Below are positions 56,247 through 64,000 of a stretch of 64,000 nt of DNA, one piece after another. Each line of letters starts with the position of its first letter. The first letter of the stretch is position 1. The notes under the pieces were generated by a model. It was not told the origin of the DNA. It saw only the letters and a list, made by a program, of their open reading frames with translations, and ran no database searches. Both the position numbers and the translations under genes were made by a program. Origin of the DNA: a bacterium (lineage in GTDB: Bacteria > Bacillota > Clostridia > Oscillospirales > Acutalibacteraceae); assembly GCA_963592475.1 (NCBI GenBank), contig CAVAWW010000003.1:4770-68769 (forward strand), in the 5' to 3' direction.

Positions 56247-58691
56247 TCATACGGTTATTTCGGGGTTCATGTCGGCATAGACGGAGACGTCTGAAAATTT
56301 GCTGTCGCCGTAAAAATCTTTTAGTATCTCCGATATCATGCTGCGAAATCCCTTTGTGTTTCTGCATTTTATTATGAGTCTGTATCTGTATTTTTTATTG
56401 ACGCGCGGCACTCGCGCAGGCAGAGGTCCGAGAACGATAAGCTTTTCGTTTTTATATTCCCCTGCTGTCAGTTCTTTTATTTTGTCGAGCGTGCGCTGGG
56501 AAGCAACGCGGGTCTTGACTTCGTCCGCGCCGGAAAATCCGACAACGCATATATCGCAAAACGGCGGATATATCATTAAGCGTCTCATGCGTATTTCCGT
56601 ATCATAGAACGCATCATAGTCCTGCTTTGCCGCAAGCCTTATTATTTCATTCTCAGGCGTCAGTGTCTGAATAATAGCTTTTCCGGGGTGCTCTCCGCGT
56701 CCCGAGCGGCCTACGACCTGAGTGAGCAGCGAAAAAGTGCGTTCAAGGCTTCTAAAATCGTCGTTGTAAAGCTGCTGATCGACTGAAACAACAGCCGCAA
56801 GCGTGACATTTTCAAAGTTCAAGCCCTTTGCGACCATCTGGGTGCCGACGAGTATATCATAATCGCCTCTCGCGAAAGCATTCAGGCACTCTTCGTGAGC
56901 GAATCTCGACGAAGCGGTATCGGTATCCATACGCATGATACGCGCTCCGGGCACGGCCTTTTCAAGCTCGTCTTCTATTCTCTGCGTCCCGAACCCGGCA
57001 TATCTCAGCGCGGGCTTGTGGCAGGACGGGCACTCCTGCGTAAAGCGCATGGAATATCCGCAGTAATGGCACATCAATCTGCCGTTTGCCGCATGATAGG
57101 TCATGGAAATACTGCAATTCGGGCAGGTTACAACCTCGCCGCACGCAGTGCACGAGACAAATGTATTATATCCGCGGCGGTTTATCAGCACTATCGACTG
57201 CTTGCCGTCCGCACGATTTTTGTTCAGCTCCTCTATAAGCTCATGACTCAGCTCGCGGTTTTCCGTCTGCTGTTCGCTGCGCATATCGACGGTAACGACC
57301 TGCGGAAGCACCGCCTTGCCGTATCTGTTCTTCAGCTCATAGAGAGAATATTTGCCGCTCTTCGCCGCGGCGAAAGACTCGACGCTCGGAGTAGCGGACG
57401 CGAGCAGAGTCAAGCCTTTATGCCATGCGGCACGGTATCTTGCCACGCTTTTGGCGTTATAGCGCGGAGTCTGCTCAGATTTATATGTATGCTCCTGCTC
57501 TTCGTCGATTATTATAAGTCCGACATTTTCAAGCGGTGCAAAAACCGCAGAACGGGTGCCTATAACTATTTTTGCATCGCCGTTCTTGACGCGCTTCCAC
57601 TCATCAGCTCTTTCTCCGGCAGACAGTGCGCTGTGAAAAACCGCAACGCCGTCATTGTATCTCGAATGAAACACCGAAAGCGTCTGCGGGGTCAGCGATA
57701 TTTCCGGCACCATAACTATAACCGTCTTATTATCCGCAAGAACCGCGTCTATGAGCTTCAAATAAACTGATGTTTTGCCGCTTCCGGTAACGCCGTAAAG
57801 AAGTGCAGTCTTACCCGTACCGCCTTTATAGTCCTCGAGTAGACCGTCATAGGCTTTCTGCTGTTCGTCGGTGAGATGTATCTCGCCGCTGTCATATGCG
57901 CTTTGCACAGCATATCTGCTGACGAAGCTACGAAGCTCTTTGCGTTCAAAGCATTCGACAACACCTTTCTTTTCGAGCGCGGATATGACTGACGGCGTAT
58001 AGCCCGTGAAATAGCACAGCTCTTTGACACTCACAGAGCCGATATCTTTCAAAACATTGACAACTTCACTCTGCTTCTTTGTCATCGACACATCGTCCGA
58101 ACCCTCGCACAGGCGCACCATACGGATGTTATTATCCCCGATGTTGCGCACAGCATCGTCGTTTGCGGCAAGAAGTCCGGCTTTAAGAAGGCGTTCCGGA
58201 ATATCCGAAGAAACATCAAAGCCGAGAGTTTTCAAAAAATTCTCGGGCTTGACATAGCCCGAACGCGAGAGCAGATAGTCATAGACCTGCTTCTCATCGG
58301 AGTCGAGCGAAGCAATAACACTCTCATCAACGCCCGGAACAGCGCAGAACGAACGTATTATTTTATGGTTTATCCCGGCGGGCAGCATAGCCTTGACCGC
58401 TTCATAGTATGTACAAAAAGTCTGCTCGGATATCCACCGGGCAAGCGACATCATCTCATTACTAAGAAGCGGCGCTTCATCGAGCACCGCTGAAATAGAC
58501 TTTATTCTTTTTCCTTGAGTCGAATCGGTCAGCCGCGTGATAATTCCTATGCGCTTTCTGTTGCCGACGCCGAACGGTACGGCAACGCGGCAGCCGACGA
58601 GAGCTTTGCCCTCAAGCTGCTGCGGTATGCTGTAATCATAGTCCTTATCGAACGTACAGTTGACGTTCTCGACGGCGACCTGTGCGTACAT
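56247..58691 (-). CDS. priA: Primosomal protein N' (PriA)
   Basis: GVTGSGKT, DEEQE, four CxxC pairs and QVVGRSGR; ATG 58691. Confidence 0.96.
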   Translation of the reverse strand: MYAQVAVENVNCTFDKDYDYSIPQQLEGKALVGCRVAVPFGVGNRKRIGIITRLTDSTQGKRIKSISAVLDEAPLLSNEMMSLARWISEQTFCTYYEAVKAMLPAGINHKIIRSFCAVPGVDESVIASLDSDEKQVYDYLLSRSGYVKPENFLKTLGFDVSSDIPERLLKAGLLAANDDAVRNIGDNNIRMVRLCEGSDDVSMTKKQSEVVNVLKDIGSVSVKELCYFTGYTPSVISALEKKGVVECFERKELRSFVSRYAVQSAYDSGEIHLTDEQQKAYDGLLEDYKGGTGKTALLYGVTGSGKTSVYLKLIDAVLADNKTVIVMVPEISLTPQTLSVFHSRYNDGVAVFHSALSAGERADEWKRVKNGDAKIVIGTRSAVFAPLENVGLIIIDEEQEHTYKSEQTPRYNAKSVARYRAAWHKGLTLLASATPSVESFAAAKSGKYSLYELKNRYGKAVLPQVVTVDMRSEQQTENRELSHELIEELNKNRADGKQSIVLINRRGYNTFVSCTACGEVVTCPNCSISMTYHAANGRLMCHYCGYSMRFTQECPSCHKPALRYAGFGTQRIEDELEKAVPGARIMRMDTDTASSRFAHEECLNAFARGDYDILVGTQMVAKGLNFENVTLAAVVSVDQQLYNDDFRSLERTFSLLTQVVGRSGRGEHPGKAIIQTLTPENEIIRLAAKQDYDAFYDTEIRMRRLMIYPPFCDICVVGFSGADEVKTRVASQRTLDKIKELTAGEYKNEKLIVLGPLPARVPRVNKKYRYRLIIKCRNTKGFRSMISEILKDFYGDSKFSDVSVYADMNPEITV

Positions 58692-58716
58692 TTGAGTCAC
58701 ACTCCGTGAAAAAGCG

Positions 58717-58926
58717 TCAGATATTACGGATCTCTTCCGGCTCGATAATGATATATTTGCCGCTGAGGATCTCATCGATAGCCATGGAGACTGGCTTCTC
58801 GGTAAGGATTATCTGCTTCTCCTCGGCATCTTCGGAGATAGCGCGTGCTCTCTTTGCGGTTGCCGTAACAAGAGAATAACGGCTCAGGTGGTTTTTAAGA
58901 ACGCCTCTGAGATCAGGATTAAACAT
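58717..58926 (-). CDS. rpoZ: RNA polymerase omega subunit
   Basis: SRYSLV..TAKRAR and KPVSMA motifs; follows gmk. Confidence 0.9.
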   Translation of the reverse strand: MFNPDLRGVLKNHLSRYSLVTATAKRARAISEDAEEKQIILTEKPVSMAIDEILSGKYIIIEPEEIRNI

Positions 58927-59536
58927 TGTTGATTACCTCACTTATAATGTTTTTGCAGCGGAAAGTTTTCTGCTTTTCCGCATCAAGAATAGTGCATATA
59001 TCACTCACGGCATATGAAACTATGTCGTTGATGACTATGTAGTCATATTCAACGGCGCGCTTTATCTCGTCAACTGCGATGGTAAGGCGGCGCTGGATAT
59101 CCTCCTCGTCCTCGCTCTCGCGGCAGCGAAGTCTCTCTTCGAGCGCTGCCATTGACGGAGGCATAAGGAAGATGCTGACGGCTTCGGGATAGAGCTTACG
59201 GATTTTCTCCGCACCCTGAACCTCGATTTTGAGGAACACGGTTCTGCCCTGGGCAAGAAGTTCGTCAACGGGAGCCTTAGGGGTTCCGTAATAGTTTATG
59301 CCGTACTGCGCATATTCAAGAACCTGTCCCTCATCTATCTTGCGCATGAAATAATCCTTGTCAACGAAATAATAATGTATTCCGTCAACCTCCCACTCGC
59401 GCTTTTTGCGCGTCGTCATTGAAGTGGAGACTTTGATATTCATGTCGCGCTTGGTAAGCTCGGTCAGAATGGTATCCTTGCCGGAGCCCGACGGACCGGA
59501 AAGGATGACCAGAAGGCCGTTGTTGTTATTATTCAT
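58919..59536 (-). CDS. gmk: Guanylate kinase
   Basis: [16 protein letters not shown] and VQGA motifs. Confidence 0.96.
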   Translation of the reverse strand: MNNNNNGLLVILSGPSGSGKDTILTELTKRDMNIKVSTSMTTRKKREWEVDGIHYYFVDKDYFMRKIDEGQVLEYAQYGINYYGTPKAPVDELLAQGRTVFLKIEVQGAEKIRKLYPEAVSIFLMPPSMAALEERLRCRESEDEEDIQRRLTIAVDEIKRAVEYDYIVINDIVSYAVSDICTILDAEKQKTFRCKNIISEVINNV

Positions 59537-59804
59537 CGCTTTCTTCCTCCTCAATATCAAGCTCATCGCCGTCATTGTTGAGGCGGTTTGCTACTGTCTC
59601 GCTCTGCAGATAAGTAAGAATAACATGGTCGCTGTCGGTTATTATGACAGCGCGTGTGCGTCTGCCGTGGGTCGCATCGATAAGTGTTCCCCTCTCCTTG
59701 CAGTCCTGAATTATCCTCTTTATCGGGGCTGATTCGGGGCTGACTATAGCCACAAGACGATTAGCGTTGACCATATTGCCAAAGCCAATGTTTATCAGCT
59801 TCAT
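59529..59804 (-). CDS. remA: DUF370 / RemA family protein
   Basis: [10 protein letters not shown]...SPESAPIKR...[13 protein letters not shown]. Confidence 0.92.
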   Translation of the reverse strand: MKLINIGFGNMVNANRLVAIVSPESAPIKRIIQDCKERGTLIDATHGRRTRAVIITDSDHVILTYLQSETVANRLNNDGDELDIEEEESDE

Positions 59805-59823
59805 TATGATAATACCTCCGCAG

Positions 59824-60705
59824 TTATTCGATATTCTGTATCTGTTCTCTGATCTTCTCGATCTCGGCCTTGACATCGACAACGCAGCGCGCTATCTCGA
59901 TATCCTGAGCCTTTGAACCGATAGTGTTTATCTCTCTGTTTATCTCCTGAACGAGGAAATCCATCTTTCTGCCGATGGCGCCGCCATCCTCTTCAAAGAG
60001 CTTTTTAAACTGATCAATATGACTGCGCAGACGAACCGTTTCCTCCGCCACAGCGACCTTGTCGGCATATATCGCCGCCTCGGTCAGCAGGCGCTGCTCG
60101 TCCACATGGACATCGCCGAGAACCTCGCGCATTCTCGTGAGGAGCTTTTCGTTATATTCTTTTACGGTCTGCGGAGAACGCTCTTCGATAAACGCGACCT
60201 TGTCGATTATGAAATCAAGGCGCGAAGTAACATCATCCTTGAGCTTTCCGCCCTCGACAGCACGCATGGCGATAAATCTTTCGAGTGCTTCTGCCGCAAC
60301 ACTGAGAACATCGGCGCAAATCTTTTCTTCATCTTCTGGCTCTTTCGAGACAGTGAAGATATCATTCACTCTCGCAAGATCGGATACTTTTATATCATTC
60401 TCGATCCCGCAGGTCTCGGAAAGTTCTTTGTAAGCCGCAAGATAACCTTTTGCGAGCGCACTGTTGAGCTTGACGACAGCCGATTCCTCGCCCGCCGTGT
60501 CTATCTGGACATAGCACTCGACCTTGCCTCTTGATATTTTTCCCTGGAAAAAGCTCTTGAGCTTTTCATCAAGGAAGCCGAAATTTCTGGGTACACGCGA
60601 TGAAAATTCAAAGTATCTGTGATTTACGCTCTTGAGCTCAAGAGTTATATCCATTCCGTCGAACGAGCCTGTTGCCCGTCCGTATCCGGTCATGCTTTTT
60701 ATCAT
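59824..60705 (-). CDS. yicC: YicC/YloC family endoribonuclease
   Basis: [23 protein letters not shown] and [10 protein letters not shown]...QNIE motifs. Confidence 0.94.
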   Translation of the reverse strand: MIKSMTGYGRATGSFDGMDITLELKSVNHRYFEFSSRVPRNFGFLDEKLKSFFQGKISRGKVECYVQIDTAGEESAVVKLNSALAKGYLAAYKELSETCGIENDIKVSDLARVNDIFTVSKEPEDEEKICADVLSVAAEALERFIAMRAVEGGKLKDDVTSRLDFIIDKVAFIEERSPQTVKEYNEKLLTRMREVLGDVHVDEQRLLTEAAIYADKVAVAEETVRLRSHIDQFKKLFEEDGGAIGRKMDFLVQEINREINTIGSKAQDIEIARCVVDVKAEIEKIREQIQNIE

Positions 60706-60743
60706 CGGAAGGACTCCTTTTCGTCGGTCTTTTAAATCATTTT

Positions 60744-60773
60744 ATTTTATCAGTTTAAGCATACATTTGTCAA
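60744..60773 (-). promoter_or_regulatory. Internal SigA-type promoter for the yicC-gmk-...-rsgA run
   Basis: TTGACA-N18-TAAAAT with TG extension. Confidence 0.6.
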
Positions 60774-60795
60774 TATGTGAAGCGCATAAAGAGGG

Positions 60796-61134
60796 TTATT
60801 TGGCGCAGTGGCCGCAGCTTCCCGTAAGAGCTGACGGTATATCGGACTCATAAAAGCCGTTTTTTTCTTCAAAACCGAGAGTTACAAACGGCTCTTTTTC
60901 AACTCTGCCTACATCCACCCGCGCCATATAAGTGCTGCGGTTGGCGGCAAAATTCAGCGCGCTGCGTACAAGTCCCTCTGCAACGAGCCTGTCCCCGCCA
61001 CGGGTTTTCACACTCAGGATTTCAGCATAGGTTCCGCCGAGCGAGAATATGCATTCGCCGATATTCTCCCCGTTTTCCACTGCTCGGTATCCGTGAGTTT
61101 TGTCATCTATATCAAACGGCTTGAACTCAAGCAT
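60796..61134 (-). CDS. Hypothetical small protein, degenerate GNAT-like fold, C-terminal CxxC
   Basis: 112 aa; AEGLVRSAL...FVTLGF pattern; ends in GSCGHCAK. Confidence 0.55.
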   Translation of the reverse strand: MLEFKPFDIDDKTHGYRAVENGENIGECIFSLGGTYAEILSVKTRGGDRLVAEGLVRSALNFAANRSTYMARVDVGRVEKEPFVTLGFEEKNGFYESDIPSALTGSCGHCAK

Positions 61135-61135
61135 T

Positions 61136-61906
61136 TTATCTTCTTTTCTCCTTTTTGTTCGACTTTGCGCCGGCAGCCGAGAGTATATGCGAAACCTCCT
61201 GCGGGGTCAGCTCGCGCCACTTGCCCTGCGGGAGCATGCCGAGCTTGACACCGGCTATTGCGGTTCTCTTGAGGCGTGCAACCTCGATTCCGAGCTCCTC
61301 GCACATTCTTCTTATCTGCCTGTTTCTGCCCTCGAAAAGCACTATTTCTATAACCGCTCTGTCGTCGCGCTTTTCGAGCACCGTCACCTGCGCCGGAGCG
61401 GTCATTCTGCCGTCGATCATCATTCCGTCGCTCATAGCAGCTATCTGCTCATCGGATATGTCCGGTCTTATGGTGACTCTGTAGACTTTCGCGACGTGCT
61501 TTGACGGGTGCATCACGGCGTTTGCAAATTCTCCGTCATTAGTCAGCAAAAGCAAGCCCTCGGAGTTCCTGTCGAGCCTGCCTATCGGATAAACTCTCTC
61601 ACCGACATCCTCGACAAGCGACGCCACGCATCTGCGTCCAAGCTCATCACTCATCGTCGTGACAAAACCGCGCGGCTTGTGAAGCATAATATATTTTGCA
61701 ACCGTTTTATTTTCTATTTTTTTGCCGTTGAGCGTTATTATATCGCGCTTTGGATCCACCGAGTCGCCTATCTTTGCAACAGTACCGTTGACTTTAACAG
61801 CACCTTTTGCAATAAGCTCCTCCGATTTTCTGCGCGACGCAACGCCGCATTCGGACATATATTTCTGAAGTCTTATTCTGTCATCTGACAAATGATTCAC
61901 ATCCAA
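61136..61906 (-). CDS. rluB: RsuA/RluB family pseudouridine synthase
   Basis: RLQKY S4 domain, GRLDRNSEGL and EGRNRQIRRM motifs. Confidence 0.9.
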   Translation of the reverse strand: MDVNHLSDDRIRLQKYMSECGVASRRKSEELIAKGAVKVNGTVAKIGDSVDPKRDIITLNGKKIENKTVAKYIMLHKPRGFVTTMSDELGRRCVASLVEDVGERVYPIGRLDRNSEGLLLLTNDGEFANAVMHPSKHVAKVYRVTIRPDISDEQIAAMSDGMMIDGRMTAPAQVTVLEKRDDRAVIEIVLFEGRNRQIRRMCEELGIEVARLKRTAIAGVKLGMLPQGKWRELTPQEVSHILSAAGAKSNKKEKRR

Positions 61907-63078
61907 TTTCTGAGAATGTTCTTTATTTTTTCAATTAGCTTTTTTATTCGGCTTTTTTCTTTTTGGGGCTCTTTGGGAACAATCTTTCGTATCCGAACCC
62001 CGCCCGCCGTCAGAATTTCCGCCCGGTCTACTACATTGCCGTCTATTATAAGTTCGACCGAGCCGACCACCGTATTTTCTTCTATCGGTGCATATTCAAA
62101 CTTTTTCAGGCTTATTTTCCGCTCCGTCCGCGCTGATTTGCCTTTTCTTGAGATATATCGAAGCGGTCTCGATAGCTTCAGCGGCACGGTTTCACTTTCC
62201 CCGCCCGCGATTTTTAATGAAACTGCGGACATATCCGTATCCGCCTCATACCGCTCAACAACCGAAAAGCCGTATTCGAGCATTTTTGAATGGTCATTCC
62301 AGTCGTCCGGCGCATTGAGCGTCACGGCTACGAGCGTAACTCCGTCACGCCGCGCCGCAGAAACAAGGCACCGTCCGCTCTTTTTTGTAAAACCGGTTTT
62401 TATTCCGACTGCGTCATCGTATATACGTAATAGACGGTTGTGGTTAGTGAGCGTGCGGCGATACGGCGGATTGCCGTAGCACACAACGGCACTTTTTTGC
62501 GAGCAAACAGCGGCAAATTCCGGATTTTTGATAGCGGTGCATCCGAGCAGAGCCATGTCATATGCTGTCGAATAGTGCTCCTTTGAATCAAGCCCGGACG
62601 GAGTCTCGAAATGCGTATCATTCATGCCGATTTCCGCAGCACGCTTGTTCATCATCGAGACGAAATTTTCAACATTGCCGCCGAGCGTTATCGCGGTAAC
62701 ATTCGCGGCATCGTTGCCGGACTGCAAAAGCATTCCGTAGACAAGCCCCTCAAGGGTAACTGTGTCTCCCGGAAGAAGCCCCATCGAAGTGCCCTCGACG
62801 TTTAGCATATCAGCGCTGACGGTTATCTTCCTCTGAGGAGTCAGCGCTTCTATTGCGAGAAGCGAGGTCATTATCTTCGTTGTGCTCGCCATGGAGCGCC
62901 TGTCATGCTCGTTTTTGCCGTAGATAAGCTCGCCCGTCTCGGCGACCATAAGAGCCGCGCACGAGGCAGAAACATTCGGCTGGGCAAATGCCGTCAGCCC
63001 GGACAATACAAAACAGACCACCGTAAAAACAGCAGTCACAAAAGCAACCGGTCTTAAATTCACCAAACACACCGCCAT
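61897..63078 (-). CDS. dacB: D-alanyl-D-alanine carboxypeptidase (DacB/DacF-like, peptidase S11)
   Basis: STTK, SGN and KTG motifs; signal peptide; amphipathic C-terminus; ytfJ-dac-rluB synteny. Exact start uncertain. Confidence 0.8.
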   Translation of the reverse strand: MAVCLVNLRPVAFVTAVFTVVCFVLSGLTAFAQPNVSASCAALMVAETGELIYGKNEHDRRSMASTTKIMTSLLAIEALTPQRKITVSADMLNVEGTSMGLLPGDTVTLEGLVYGMLLQSGNDAANVTAITLGGNVENFVSMMNKRAAEIGMNDTHFETPSGLDSKEHYSTAYDMALLGCTAIKNPEFAAVCSQKSAVVCYGNPPYRRTLTNHNRLLRIYDDAVGIKTGFTKKSGRCLVSAARRDGVTLVAVTLNAPDDWNDHSKMLEYGFSVVERYEADTDMSAVSLKIAGGESETVPLKLSRPLRYISRKGKSARTERKISLKKFEYAPIEENTVVGSVELIIDGNVVDRAEILTAGGVRIRKIVPKEPQKEKSRIKKLIEKIKNILRNWM

Positions 63079-63124
63079 TCATCATCCGTTACTGATAATG
63101 AATATGCGGTGTGCAGGAAAAAAA

Positions 63125-63538
63125 TCAATATAATCCTTCGAGGTTCTCCTCGGTCTTCTTGCCCTTGCCGTCAACAAACTTGTTGACAACATCTGTGACG
63201 CTGTTGACAACATCGGGAATCATGCCGATGGTTCTCTCGATAGAGCCTTCCTCGGTCGAGATATGTTTGATGCTGACCTCGCCGTTGTTGACAACGATGA
63301 ATGCGATAGGAGTGATGGTGATGCCTGCTCCGCCGCCGCCGCCGAAGAGCTCGGCGTTCGACTTCGACGGGAAGTCAGAACCGCCCGACGCGAAACCATA
63401 GGATACCTTAGAGACGGGAATGATTTTTATGCCGTCGCCCAGATCCATGGGATCGCCGATGATCGTGCTGACATCAACAAGATCCTTTATCTTTTCGATT
63501 GAAGTTCCGAGAATTCCGGATGCTGACTGTTCTTTCAT
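63125..63538 (-). CDS. ytfJ: GerW/YtfJ family sporulation protein
   Basis: IIPVSKVSYGFASGG...FGGGGGAG..ITPIAF. Confidence 0.93.
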   Translation of the reverse strand: MKEQSASGILGTSIEKIKDLVDVSTIIGDPMDLGDGIKIIPVSKVSYGFASGGSDFPSKSNAELFGGGGGAGITITPIAFIVVNNGEVSIKHISTEEGSIERTIGMIPDVVNSVTDVVNKFVDGKGKKTEENLEGLY

Positions 63539-63563
63539 TTTTAAGTCCGCCTTTCATTGGATT

Positions 63564-64000
63564 TCAAACAGATTTATTTTTCTTTTTACTGCCTTTAAGC
63601 AGTTTTAAAAGCACTTTGAACAAAAGCCTGAATGCAAGGACAACCGCCGCATTCGTAAGCTTTATAGGTCTGACGGAGAGCGAGAGCGCAAACTGAGCTT
63701 TATTCTCCTGCGAGATGAAGTCGGGAACAACATTCACCTCATATTTTTTGACCTTCATATTCGAGCATATAAAGCCCATTGAAGGATAGACCGCCGAACA
63801 CACTTTGCCGTATTTTATGGCATTCTGAGCCGCATCGTCTCCGGAGCTGACTTTCAAAAGGAGCTTCAGATTTTCTATGACAAAGGCTCTGTATATGCTG
63901 CCCATAAAGCCGCCGAGCTGAGCCGCCGCGGTCTGAATGAGTTCGACCGTTGCGCCGAAGCCCTGTTTCTCATAGAACTCTTTGAAGATGTTTTTCTTGG
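63564..64000 (-). CDS. DUF2953 (YtfI-like) protein, 5' end outside the window
   Basis: Frame open to the window end; DDAAQNAIKYG motif; directly upstream of ytfJ. Confidence 0.8.
   Translation of the reverse strand, partial: KKNIFKEFYEKQGFGATVELIQTAAAQLGGFMGSIYRAFVIENLKLLLKVSSGDDAAQNAIKYGKVCSAVYPSMGFICSNMKVKKYEVNVVPDFISQENKAQFALSLSVRPIKLTNAAVVLAFRLLFKVLLKLLKGSKKKNKSV

Noticed and set aside
63090..63130. Possible SigE promoter (CATATTCA) before the dac gene
   Set aside because: The -35 element is a poor match; plausible from context but not supportable from sequence alone.

Overview
A ~50% GC chromosomal window from a spore-forming, anaerobic Clostridia-class bacterium. The Oscillospirales-like assignment is an inference from gene content and order. 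Most of it is core genome in two long minus-strand runs. The first is DUF2953-ytfJ-dacB-rluB-yicC-remA-gmk-rpoZ-priA-def-fmt-yugP-rsmB-rlmN-stp-pknB-rsgA-spoVM. The second is miaB-ylbF/ymcA-mutS-mutL-miaA-yggS-sepF-divIVA-lspA-rluD-HAD-transketolase-fumarase beta. Between them lie tsaE-tsaB-rpiB-upp and a SCIFF ranthipeptide locus (scfA-scfB). The left 18 kb is more variable. It holds two tandem neutral-ceramidase-fold proteins, a GNAT, an LCP protein, metA, a DEDDh exonuclease with a zinc ribbon, an unclassified glycosidase-like protein, a stand-alone CARF + nuclease (Card1/DUF1887-like) gene, a purple acid phosphatase-like protein and a Cu/Zn SOD. The most notable signal is a complete T-box riboswitch with a probable Ile (AUC) specifier. 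It controls an XRE-cupin regulator plus an acyl-CoA ligase rather than a synthetase or ilv operon, suggesting isoleucine-starvation-controlled salvage of branched-chain fatty acids. Three small genes not called as separate ORFs in the track were found by hand: scfA, spoVM and a 53-aa membrane protein upstream of spoVM. No rRNA, tRNA, CRISPR array, transposase or prophage gene was seen. All assignments come from motif recognition and synteny, not database searches.
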